From assembly GCA_951406725.2 (NCBI GenBank), contig OX597835.1, positions 13,640,001 through 13,704,000 of the forward strand: a stretch of 64,000 nt of DNA, read 5' to 3'. A program made the translations under genes and the position numbers. Source of the DNA: Octopus vulgaris (taxonomy: Eukaryota). The notes under the pieces were generated by a model. It worked only from the letters and a program-made list of their open reading frames with translations, was not told the DNA's origin and did not search any database. This document shows, in pieces, positions 50,701-62,931 of this stretch. The number at the start of each line of letters is the position of its first letter. Position 1 is the first letter of the stretch.

Positions 50701-52589
50701 TCAAACAGATTTTCTACAGATGGATGCCATTCTTTCCACCAGCACCCACCTGGTTTCAAGCAAGGTAATGTTTTGCCATGTCCAGACAAGATTTCACATT
50801 GGCAAATTGAAGAGAGACAACCAGGGCTTAAGAGGAATCTTTGATTTTGGCAAAATCAAGACAACCTCTCCTGTGCAGTGACAGTATTTATAATGCCAGA
50901 CGGACACACCTCCAGTCCTCTTCTTCATTTATATTATTCATTCCACGCAGCTTTTCTTCATCCTTCATTCTCCCCAGACTTTTGCAAACTCTACCCATCC
51001 ATCCATCCATCCACCTCCACTTCCTGTTCTCCTGTCCCTGCTCAATTCTATTTGCCTTGAACTTGGGTTCACCACCCTCACATCTCTAGACCACCATTTC
51101 ATCTCTTTCCATCTCCACCCGGATGGATCATTTCCCTACCCCTATCCTCTTATGTAAGTAGCCATGGCACCCCACTTCTGTTCTGGTCCCTTCTTTCATA
51201 CGTCAAGCTCTCATATTTAAGCAAAAAGTCACCTCCCTTCCTATTGCAGCCCCACTCTGTAGAGGGATACCTTAATCTTGCAAACTGTGTGGTGACCTTG
51301 CAGGAAAGAAAAGCACCAAGTGCACTCTGTAAAGTGGTTGCCATTAGAAACCACCACCACCTTCAGAAAGCATACCCAAGCAGACACTGGAGTACAATGC
51401 AGGCCTCAGGCATATTGGATCCTGTCAAACATCAGCATGGAAGATGGTCATCAAATGATGATAATGATGATGTCAAGCAACTGGACACTATAGAACAATA
51501 TCTATAGAGACAAATATATTCTGAACTCTGCTCAGTTCTATGCAATTGCAGTAGATTCTATGGATTTTACAGATGTTGTTATGCTGGAATTTTACATCAA
51601 CAACAAATAGGAACTTAAACCGTTTACAAAATGTATTCCTGCGAGTGAGGAACTAATCCAATTGACTAAATTTTTTTCATGTAATCATCATCAATGAAAC
51701 AAAAGGAAAAAAATTTATTAGCTTGATTATTTAAAAATTTTTTTTTTTACTTGAAGATGGAAAGGGATATGAAAGTACTCCCTCCTCTGCTCAAGGGAAA
51801 CCACTTCAGCCTCCTGAGACAAGCCAAACATCACTTGCTAAGGTTATCTTCACAGATTTTCTATGGAAATTATGGCCAGCATTGGACACTGATTGCAAAC
51901 AAACACTACCATCAGTAAAAGCAATGTTTTTTGTCAGCAATTTTCCACAAAACATGTTCAGCCATTGTGTTGTCTGTGTTCAAAGAAGTAAGGGAAATAT
52001 TACTTCGCATGGGGAACAGGTGAGGGTTAACAACAAGAGGGGTATCTGCCTGCAGAAAATATGCCTCAACTTCAATGAAGCTCATCCGCAACATGAAATG
52101 AAGGGTTTTTCTCAAGAACACAATACACCGCCTGGTCCCAGAATCGAAACCACAATCTCATGGTCATGTGTCTAACACCCAAACCACTAAGCCATGTGCC
52201 ACCATACACACACAGACATACACACAAACATTCCCCTTTCACACTTATTGTAGCTGGTCTTCAGTTTTTCTAAGCCCTGTAAAAGAACTTAGAAGGTCGG
52301 GCCTCCAGCCAGGCCTTTTGCGATACCCTTAAAGCCAGGAAATTTTCAGTACCCCTTCATACATATGAAAAATAGGGATAAATACAAGCTGCTCCTATAT
52401 TTGCTCTTCTAGCTCATAACATAACTGGTAACACTGATCGATGTGGAAGTTACTTAACAACTACACAGAAAGCAAACTAGATTACGAAAATCTACATGGA
52501 GCTCTAACCAAAAAGGTGGCAGCCATAAATCTATCTGTACACATAATTTATACTAAACACAAACATACCCCTACATATTACCTGGATCA

Positions 52590-53040
52590 GCCAGGCTGTC
52601 TGGTGCCGATTCGGCTCCGATGGCCACAGCATTCGCTCCATTCCCCCCACGCTCATGCCATTCTTCAACAGGTTGATCCAAACATTTTTCTGAAATACTC
52701 TTCCCGCCTGGTTCGAGGTCTTCCCAGTGGCCTCTAGACAAGGCAACTCATGTCAATCTCTTCACCAGCACAGTCTTGTCTGCAATGCTATATGCATATG
52801 AGACTTGGGCCCTTGATGAAAAGAGAAGAACAACATCTGCTTCTTCCGGTGCAGAGAGCCATGGAAAGGTGGTCGATGCTGGGATTCTCGCTAAGGGATC
52901 ACATCCGGAACAAAGAGATCAGAAACAGAACTGGAGTGAAGGACCTTGTTGCAGAATATCACCATGCAAAGCTATGATGGGCTGGTCATGTCACGAGGTC
53001 CACAAACAATCAGTGGACCCGTGCATTTGTTGAGCGGAAG
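52590..53040 (+). mobile_element. Decayed RTE-clade LINE ORF fragment
   Basis: Frameshifted pieces read VLSAMLYAYETWAL, QRAMER..MLGFSLRDHIRNKEIRNRTGVKD and WAGHV. Confidence 0.8.
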
Positions 53041-53539
53041 TGACCCCACATATATAGGACTTGTGCACAGTTTTTGACCAAACATATTCACTTATGGGAG
53101 GGACATAGGTCAACCTGAGGCTGCAAGCAGAAAACACTTGCCCGAGTTGCCACATAGAAATATAAAAAAAAACATCATCAAAGACAACAAACAGTCTCAA
53201 AATGGACTGAACCCCTTAACCACGTGGCCCAACCATACTTGTCCCTGTTATACTTCCACACTTCAAAAATAAATATATTTTTAAAAAACTTGAGAATAAA
53301 TAATTTAGAAAATGTTAGAAAAGGTAGTTGCAAAGAAGACAACAAAAAGAATGAAAGTGATAAGAAGTTTTATAATTTATTTATAACTTTCTCGTGTCCC
53401 CCATTTCTGTAATTTTAGGGCAACGGCACAATCACGGATCCGCGACATATAACACCTGTCGACTATTCCTTGTAAATCTGCAGAGTTTGAAATGAAACCA
53501 AGATCTGATTCCAACTGTATTCTTCAATCAGTCATATCT

Positions 53540-53579
53540 GATGCATATATATATATATATATATGTATATGTATGTATA

Positions 53580-53630
<51 letters not shown>

Positions 53631-53837
53631 ATATATATGTATATATATATGTGTATATATATGTATATATATATGTATATATATATATATGTATTTATAT
53701 GTATATATATATATATCTATATATATACATATATATATGTATGTATATATATATAGGGATATATGTGTGTATGTACATGTATATATGTATATGCATATAT
53801 ATATATGTGCATGTGTGGGTATATATATATATATGCG

Positions 53838-53869
<32 letters not shown>

Positions 53870-53935
53870 CACAGACATACATATATGTATATATATATAC
53901 ATATATATAGGGATATATGTGTGTATGTACATGTA
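53540..53935. repeat. Compound (TA)n/(TG)n microsatellite
   Basis: Seen directly. Similar tracts at 34410-34730, 35750-36110, 49245-49530, 56800-57420 and 59870-60110. Confidence 0.95.
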
Positions 53936-54069
53936 TATAAAATAAAGCAGTATTCACTGTTGATCGTAGTGATCGTAAAAAAAGGCCTTATGTGGTGAGG
54001 AAGAGAAAACATATTAGCCACTGGCTAATATCATTTTAACTATTTTGGAAATTATGAGAGAGAATTACA

Positions 54070-54105
54070 TTCATGTTTCAGTCTTTTTGTGACCTCATCA
54101 GTGAA
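54070..54105 (-). ncRNA. Degenerate hammerhead-like motif
   Basis: TTCA-CTGATGA-GGTC-ACAAAAA-GACT-GAAA-CA-TGAA. Stem III and the cleavage site are missing. Confidence 0.35.
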
Positions 54106-55559
54106 ACGAGCTTCTCAGATGGATGTTATTGCAGTGTTCTTCATGCACATGATGTCTGAGTTATTATATATACATTTTATAAATATATACACACATACAT
54201 ACATACATACATATATACCATTTTTATTATTATATAGATATATTCATATTATAGCTCTTATAAATGTTATATGCAATATATAATTATATACCACATATAT
54301 ATATATATATACACACACACAAACATACATACATACATATTCTATTTGTGTGCATATAAATCACATTTGCATGTTCATCTTAAGTCATATATATATATAT
54401 ATATATATATACATACACACATGCATACATACAAACACAGAAACAAGCACACACACGCATACACGAGTTTAGCGAGATATGACAGAGATACTTGAGGCCC
54501 ATCAGCAGCAAAAACAATGGTAGAACAGAAGAAATCATTTGGTAATTATTTGGCCTAGTCTTACAGTGGAGGCAGCTGAAGTGCTTAAATAATCTTGTAA
54601 TCGGAGAGGTTATTGCAAAGGGAGGTAAGGAAGAGAAAATACGAAAAAGACGAACTCCAGGGAAAAGACAATTAACCAACAACAGCATAGCACCAGTCTT
54701 CAGAAATGGCAGTAGGAACTGCATAAGATTAGAAAGTTCTGCAAGAGAGGTATGTTAGCAGGGTGGGGCTATGTCTTCTCGACTTTCTATTGGAAGGTTG
54801 AAATATTTCTTTGTCTTCATTTGGCTGCAACTGAGATCTGTCTTACCAGACTGTTCCAGGAGTCTCTGCTCCACCACCCTGCCACTAATAGTTAAATAGT
54901 TGAACAATGGCTGAAGTTCTGAAACCAACCACTAACTCGATGATGAATTTAGTTCCTTAAAATAGACCAGAACTTGTTAATGCAACTATACAGAAAACAA
55001 GGTCTTAAAACAGCCATGCCGAAAAAATATCTATCACAACTAGTGTTAGCAAGAGAGTATTTTGGTAGGAAATAAATGAAATCATTATTATTATTATTTT
55101 CATGAAAACTCTCAGCTTATTTTGCTGGATATGATGGAAAGTGTCAGCTGCCCACAGCCAGCAGACCAAGGTGACACTTGTCTATTGATTGTGTTTCAAG
55201 AACCCTGCGAAGAATCGTTGCACTTCCAAACGAAGATTATTTTTGTAGGTGTTCTATCTTTAACATTTGTACCGATTCTTTTTGTCTGGCATTGTGACAA
55301 AATTTGAAACCCTTGTTGTAGTTGTTATAATTATTATTATTATTATTATTGTGTTTCGACTTTGCTTCAATTTCTACAAGTTGCACCCTGCACAAGTCTC
55401 AACCAGACACATTAACGGGCAACCAAGATTTTGCATCCAAAGATGCTGACATGTGAGATGCTGTGCAACTGGACAAACTGATGTCTGTGGGAGAAAAAAA
55501 ATATACAACAGAAAATGAGCGAGTAAGGATGCATTTACATGGAGAGGAATCTACAAAGA

Positions 55560-55843
55560 ATATCTTAGGTGGTCTATACCTCTCATATTGACTTCCTCAT
55601 CATTTCAAACTAAAATCAATTACCTGAAACTTTCTCTTCTCCTTGTCTACTTCTACCAAATCAGGCCTTCTAGATTCTATTTTTCTGTCAGTCTGAATGT
55701 TAAAGTCTCACAACATCTGGTACTTCTTACTTTCTAGTACTTTACTAAGTTCATGTTCATACCATTTATCAGTATGGTCAAATCCTAGATTTCTACTTAA
55801 CTCCTGGTGGTTTATTCTTCCTAGGTTGTCATGTCTTTTCTTG

Positions 55844-55874
<31 letters not shown>

Positions 55875-56152
55875 ATTATCATTATTCTTTTTAAATCAGG
55901 TTTTGTTGGAACTCTTGGAGTCTTGCATGCTTAGGGTACCATGTTATCTGTTGTTTTCAAATGTCTAATACTTTCCTGATTATTCTGGCCTTTTGCAACA
56001 GTTCTACAGGGCACTCTATTCGAATTTCATTAATATTCTCCTTGATACCTTCTGTTACTGGATACTGTCCCCAAGGACCCAACAATAATTGGCACTATAT
56101 CCACCTTCTTCATTTTCCATAGCTAGGCTATTTCATACTTAAGAGGACTGTA

Positions 56153-56155
<3 letters not shown>
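55560..56155 (-). mobile_element. Two R4/Dong-like (RLE endonuclease) retrotransposon fragments within (TAA)n
   Basis: YKKRHDNLGR...*DFNIQTDRKIESRRPDLV...VIDF at 55846-55560, and YSPLKYEIA*LWKMKKVDIVPIIVGSLG...ARIIRKVLDI* at 56155-55890. Confidence 0.85.
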
Positions 56156-56186
<31 letters not shown>

Positions 56187-56814
56187 GTTGTTGTTTTTAC
56201 TTTTTTTTCAAATTCTGATGCGGTCAACTTTACCGTTCATCCTTTCGGGGTCGATAAATTAAGTACCAGTTAAACACTTGGGTCAATGTAATCGAATCAC
56301 CTCCTCCCCCAAAACTGCTGCCCTTGTGACAAAATTTTAAATCATTATTATTATTATTACTTTTATGATTATTATTATTATTATCTTTATTATTTATTGA
56401 ACTGTGAACCAATCCTAATCACTTCAGCCACATTCTAATAGGAACAGCCATTAATTTCCCTTCCTGTTTCCATTTAACAACAGTTTCGACCAAATGATTA
56501 TCAAAAGAATATTCTAGTAGTTTTGGCGGTTTTTCCACCACTCATCCTAAAACTACAATTTTTTTTTTTCTACTGGTACAGGACTGTGCTGACCACTAAA
56601 TATACTCGATGTAGGTTCAATCTGATGTCTCTTCTGTCAAAAGAAAGAGGAAACTGTGTAGAAAGATGTTAGTGTTTTCAAGTATTTCTAATGAAAATGA
56701 CGAAAATATGATATAATAATTGTTAATATATAACCAATACATAATAAATATGTAATGAAAACTATATGCTAGGATGGGCACAGGAAAACACACAGAAGCA
56801 TTACATACATACAC

Positions 56815-56847
<33 letters not shown>

Positions 56848-56883
56848 CAAACATATAAATGTACATCTATGTGTGTGTATGTG

Positions 56884-56929
<46 letters not shown>

Positions 56930-56940
56930 CATATATATAC

Positions 56941-57011
<71 letters not shown>

Positions 57012-57282
57012 CATAAATATATTTATATATATATTTATTTACACACATATCTTTACATATACAGATATACACACACACATGTACATGTACATACATATAC
57101 ATGCATATATATATATACACAGATACATGCAGATCTATCTATCTATATATATATCTATATATATATATATATACGTTATACATGCATATATTATGTACAT
57201 ATATATATACATATTATACATGTATATATATATATATATACATATATAATATATAATATATATGTGTATATATATTATATAC

Positions 57283-57325
<43 letters not shown>

Positions 57326-57908
57326 TAATATATATGTGTATATATATTATATACATATATATGTATATATGTATATATGTATACACACACATACTCAAAC
57401 ACACACATGCATATATATCAAACAATTACAGAAAGAATAGTCTCCAGGCATCGCACTGTTCTTTTCTCTTTGAGTCAAACAGAACCAATTCTTATCGGAC
57501 CAGTCTATATTCTTGCTATTTCATTTATTTTTAAATTCTTTTCTTTCTTCATATTATTATTGTTATTATTATTATTATTATTATTAGTTATTATCATAAT
57601 TAATATTAACATTATAATTATTATTATTATTATTAATATTATAATTTCCTTTTTTTTTTTTTTGTTACAAAAGCTGAGATGAACCCAAAAACCAAAAATG
57701 GAAGGAAGAGAGAGAGAGAGATTTAAAGAGTGAGCATTCTACCGAATTACTTCTCAAGTCAATTTGGGATCGGGAGGGGGTCTTATTATTTTTTTTTTTT
57801 TTAGTACAAACAACACTTTTTTTTGGTGGGAGCAAAACTCCCAGCAACCAAGTCAATTTAGTTACCAACGAAAAAAAATTTGTAACTGTGTGTGTGTGTG
57901 TGTGTGTA

Positions 57909-57944
<36 letters not shown>

Positions 57945-58720
57945 TATATATATTTAAGTATATGTGTGTGTGTGTGTGGATTTGTAAGGATTGAAATTTT
58001 TTCAGGAAAGAAAAATAAATAAAGATGGCTTGTAGCCAATTTATCTTCCAATATAATAATTGTGAAGTAATTTTTCCACTGCCAGAAAACAGACGAACTC
58101 TGCCTGTTTTTTTTTTTTTTTTTTTAATATCGGCACTCATTGTTTTTTTTTATTTCGTAATGTTTTAGGTTTTTTTTTTATTTTATTTTTGTCTTATCTT
58201 TGTGCCATGAAATCATCAAATGTCACACTTTTCTGTTCTTCCACAGCCAATTCTTTTCTGGTAAAGTGTTCTTCAATTTTTTTTTTTTTTTCTTAAAAGA
58301 TGTTCATGAAAATAACTAGAGTTTGGGTGGTGGTGGTGACGATGAGGGCTGGGAGGAGGAGGAGGAGAGGTTCTGAACCAGTTTTTTTTTTTTTCTTTTT
58401 TTTTTAACCTGTTTTCTGTTTGGGTTTTTGTTTCTTTTAAAACCCTTCCCCTCCACCACCACCATCACCACCACCACCAACACCACGTGAAGCCATGTTC
58501 TCATACATCAAAAAAAAAAAAAAAAAATTTCACCAAGAAGGCATTGTGTTCACTCTCTTTTCTCTGGGTGCATCCACAATGCTTAGATGATGGGAGGTAG
58601 TCTGGCAGGCAGGCAGGCAGGCAGACACGCAGGCAGGCAAGACATCCCGGAACTAAGAGAAGCACTCATAAAAAGGGCTACAGGCTACGCCACATTTTAT
58701 CAGTGGCCAAGCTACGGTCA

Positions 58721-58957
58721 TTACTCCTCATCGCTTTCGCCGTCACTGGAGAATGTCGGAGCAGTGGACGAGATGTTGGCTTGGTGGCCTGGGCTGACCA
58801 TGTGTTGAGATAGTTGTCGGTAATGGTCAAGCCATTCATCAACCATTTGCTTCACCAGTGAAGGCCGTTTGCCAAGTTTCTGTAGAGCCACCAGGATTCC
58901 ACCTTTGGTTACACAGCAATCAAGCCACTCTCGAATAATGCTTTCTTCGCGACCCAT
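58721..58957 (-). CDS. ZRANB1: ZRANB1/TRABID terminal exon, MGREESIIREWLDCCVTKGGILVA...SSDGESDEE*
   Basis: Acceptor tttttgtag in phase 0. REWLDCCVT.GG.LVA and MV..WLD.YRQ motifs plus an acidic tail, as in TRABID. Confidence 0.95.
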   Translation of the reverse strand: MGREESIIREWLDCCVTKGGILVALQKLGKRPSLVKQMVDEWLDHYRQLSQHMVSPGHQANISSTAPTFSSDGESDEE

Positions 58958-59046
58958 CTACAAAAATAGCAAAAACAAAGAGGTCAGAGGTAAGACTGCT
59001 TTCAGACCAGGCTCACAAAAATATTCTCAGAAAAGAGAAGCTGTCC

Positions 59047-59597
59047 TAGAGTTTCATTCTCTACTGAGGTGTCCATCTTCAGGTGGAATTCTATTTTATG
59101 TGCAACATATAACTCCTCATAACTTTTTTTTCAGTTTTTGGAATTTTCAGAAATTCCCATGTGTTCTACCCATGGGAATTTATATGACTATACAGCCCCA
59201 CAACGGAAAAAAAAAATTTGTGATTTAAGGGGTATTTAGCTGTTTTTTTTAGCACATCTCACAACCACTTCATACCATCCTTGTTTGTTTGTCAGTCTGA
59301 CATTGATGTTTTTCAATATATTTCTCTCCATAAACATATTTAATGATCCATTGCTGGGATTTAAGTAAAAAAATTCACAATGTCTGTATTTTAAATGGTG
59401 ATCTGGAAAACAAAATTTTCTAAAATTTCAAACAATTAAAAAAAAATTTTTTTTTTCAGTGATATGAATTCCCGTGTGTAGGACAAAAATTCAAAAAAAA
59501 TTTTCTGAAAATTCCAAAAAATAGAACAGTTATGAGAGGTTATATGTATACTGTGCATAAAGTAGAAATCCACCCATCTTTATAGAGTCATTACTAG
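59047..59597. mobile_element. Old MITE-like element with long imperfect inverted ends
   Basis: GGTGGAATTCTATTTTATG...CATAAC...TTTTTGGAATTTTCAGAAA is mirrored at 59500-59597. Confidence 0.55.
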
Positions 59598-59676
59598 ATA
59601 TAAGTGTGTGTGAGACCACTTCTACATTTTCCTTTTTTGCTCAAATTTACTTTTTCTTCTAGTCATGTTTTACATC

Positions 59677-59714
<38 letters not shown>

Positions 59715-59878
59715 TTGATATAAGAAGTGCAGTGAGGATCATAGAAATGGAGGAGGAGTGTATATATATATACACACACACACACACAGACATATATATA
59801 CATACATATATACATTTCCAATGGGTCTCAAGACAGCATGATACTCCAACAGTCTGCTTTGGCGTGTAACTACGTGTA

Positions 59879-59936
<58 letters not shown>

Positions 59937-60021
59937 TGTGCATGTGTGTGAGAGTGTGTAGGTATGTATGTATGTATGTATGTATATATATATAATATGT
60001 ATGTGTCTATGTATATATGTG

Positions 60022-60054
<33 letters not shown>

Positions 60055-60439
60055 ATGTATATATGTGTGTGTGTGTGTATATATATATATATAGAGAGAG
60101 AGAGAAAGAGAGGATTTATGTTGTGGTGACCAATGTTTGTCTAATAGTGAAGAGAAAGATAAAGTTAGGTAAAGCTGTTCACAACGTGTTGGTCAGTCAG
60201 TTATGAAATGTGGTCAACATGATGGACGTTATATTGTGACAGCTCAGCTGTCGCAACAGCCACTTTTCGTTTGAAACATGTTACTGCAAATGGCATACGG
60301 AACAGGGGAGTAGCAGAATGTCAAAACAATAAACATGTTGAAAGAAATCAAGGATGATTTGTTGGAATTCTGCCAGAAGCCATGGAGAAAAGAAGGAGAG
60401 TAAGTAATGTTGAAAATGAAAATAGAAATATATTAGGAC

Positions 60440-60790
60440 AAAACGACCTGCTCACAACATCATAAGCAGAAGATGTAACCTCTCAAAAGAGCTGTTCTTC
60501 ACTCCTGCTCCAGAACGTCGGCTGCGGGGGTCACTCCGAAAAGCTCTATCTGCGACGATTTCATCTCAATCGAAGGAGAGGGGCTTTCTCTGTCCGGGTT
60601 GCAGATTCGTGGAATAAGCTGCCGGACGAGATAGTGAAGATGCCGACGACCGCTCAGTTCAAAGTCTCCCTTGACCACAAGTGGCCTGAACTCTTTACAT
60701 GAACACCATCCTGTACATAACTCCATGTCCCCCTACATAGCCTTGCTTTTTTGCTTTTTGAGCCAAATAATTAACTAACTAACTAACTAA
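60440..60790 (+). mobile_element. CR1-clade LINE 3' end (second family)
   Basis: Encodes RLRGHSEKLYLRRFHLNRRRGAFSVRVADSWNKLPDEIV...FKVSLDHKW and ends in (CTAA)n. Confidence 0.85.
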
Positions 60791-60969
60791 GCCCCAGGAT
60801 GGCCACAGCCTTTGAACTGGGACACATAAAAGAATAAAGCAATACAGGAATGTTACAAACAATAAGTCAATCAACACCTAACGGAATGACATTTTGATAA
60901 AAAAATAATTAGTCATGAAACGGTGAGACGAAACGCAGAAACAATAACAGAACCACAGCAATTACTCAC

Positions 60970-61199
60970 TTCTGATCGACTTAGAAAATGAACAGGTAAC
61001 AATTTTCCTTCGCTGTCGATTAGAGGTAGATACACCATCTGGTCCCCTTCATTGGAATCCATGTTAGCTCCAGCTCCTATCATATCGTCTGTGTCTGGTT
61101 CCATCGGGACTAATGCAGAGAAATGGCCTCGGGTGTACCCTAATGCAATTGGAGTTTTCCAACAAAAGCTTCTCTCCCACAATAACGGTAAATAAACTC
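60970..61199 (-). CDS. ZRANB1: ZRANB1/TRABID coding exon, (G)VYLPLLWERSFCWKTPIALGYTRGHFSALVPME...LLPVHFLSRSE
   Basis: Acceptor aaacag, donor gtgagt, phase 1 to 0. Contains the GYTRGHFSAL motif with the OTU catalytic His. Confidence 0.96.
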
Positions 61200-61370
61200 C
61201 TGTTTCAAGGGGGAAAAAAAAGACAATGAAACGTGAATATTATACATCAAAGACGTCAGAAATATTCAAACACACACACACACACGCCACCTGCTGGAAT
61301 TTATTGGCAACAAATCAGTGACTTAATATAAAATAAATTTTAGCACATAAAAAATAGTTGGAGGTATCTC

Positions 61371-61775
61371 TCTTTACTCTTTTACTTGTTTCAGTCATTT
61401 GACTGCGGCCATGCTGGAGCACCGCCTTTAATCGAGCAAATCGACCCCGGGACTTATTCTTTGTAAGCCCAGTACTTATTCTATCAGTCTCTTTTACTGA
61501 ACTGCTAAGTGACGGTGACATAAACACACCAGCATCGGTTGTCAAGCAATGCTAGGGGGACAAACACAAACATACATGCACACACACATATACATATATA
61601 TACATATATACGACAGGCTTCTTTCAGTTTCTGTCTACCAAATCCACTCACAAGGCATTGGTCAGCCCAGAGCTATAGTAGAAGACACTTGCCCAAGGTG
61701 CCATGCAGTGGGACTGAACCTGGAACCATGTGGTTGGGAAGCAAGCTTCTTACCACACAGCCACTCCTGCGCCTA
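61371..61775 (-). mobile_element. Full-length family A SINE
   Basis: Complete from head to (TAAAAGAG) tail. Confidence 0.85.
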
Positions 61776-62249
61776 TCGTTAACAAACTAAATATTTGAGG
61801 GACAAGTAACACAATGTATAGTTAAGGTAACCAATTAGTGTAGAATATTTGAGGGTGCCATCAACACAGAAAACATTTAAGGGTACCTTTAATATCAAAA
61901 TGGCTGAAGCTGTTATTAACAAATTTGACATAGGCGTAGGAGTGGCTGTGTGGTAAGTAGCTCGCTTACCAACCACATGGTTCCAGGTTCAGTCCCAAGT
62001 AGTTATGTTTGTATGTATGTCTAATGTATGTCCCTTTTTCTCTTTCTCTCTCCCTCTGCCTCTGTTCATATGTGTGATAAAGTAGCTATATTTGTATGTA
62101 TATGTAAGGTGTCTCTCTCTCTCTTTTTCTGTATGTGTGTATGTGAGTGTGTTTGCCACCCGTGCCAAAATGTACTGTCACCATAACAGGTTGAATATCC
62201 AGTCAGCCTTGCTTGTCAGCATCTAAACAAACATGCATGATCGTCTCAT

Positions 62250-62618
62250 CCATATTATTATTATTATTATTATTATTGTTATTATCATAATTAATATTAA
62301 CATTATAATTATTATTATTATTAATATTATTGTTATTATTATAATATTAACATTATAATTATTATTATTATTATTATTATTATAATTAATATTAACATTA
62401 TAATTATTATTATTATTAATATTATTATTATTATTATTATTATTATTGTTATTGTTATTATCATAATTAATATTAACATTATAATTATTATTATTATTAT
62501 TATCATTAATATTATAATTTCCTTCTTTTTTTTGTTACAAAAGCTGAGATGAACTTAAAAACCAAAAATGGAAGGAAGAGAGAGAGAGATTTAAAGAGTG
62601 GGCATTCTATCGAATTAC
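62250..62618. repeat. Direct copy of 57550-57749 with an expanded (ATT)n portion
   Basis: The unique stretch TTGTTACAAAAGCTGAGATGAAC..AAAAACCAAAAATGGAAGGAAGAG...GCATTCTA.CGAATTAC occurs at both sites. Confidence 0.93.
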
Positions 62619-62805
62619 GATCATGGTGGCTCAAACACAACACAGACTCTTACAAATCACAGACCATTTTGATGGCAAAAAGCAAAAAAAAAAAAAAATC
62701 CTTTCTGTTCTGCATACATCAGAGATTTATCATTGCATACAATCAGATTGTTTGATGAGACAACAGTTGAAACACTGGCATGTGTACTTAAATGTACTGA
62801 CTTAC

Positions 62806-62931
62806 CTTGAAATCTAGCATAACCTATCGTTTCACCTCGGAAACTTTTTACATATTTAACACCATATACAAGAATTGGACGTCGAAGTATGTGCGCAAGG
62901 GCAAATATATGCATTTGCTCAAGAGAAGCAC
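62806..62931 (-). CDS. ZRANB1: ZRANB1/TRABID coding exon, GASLEQMHIFALAHILRRPILVYGVKYVKSFRGETIGYARFQ(G)
   Basis: Minus-strand polypyrimidine tract plus ccag acceptor and gtaagt donor, 126 nt, phase 1 to 1. Closely matches the TRABID OTU domain. Confidence 0.95.

Noticed and set aside
53492-57534. Long Y/I/C/V/M/H/T-rich ORFs (also at 34.4, 35.7, 49.1 and 59.9 kb)
   Set aside because: They are translations of (TA)n/(TG)n microsatellites.
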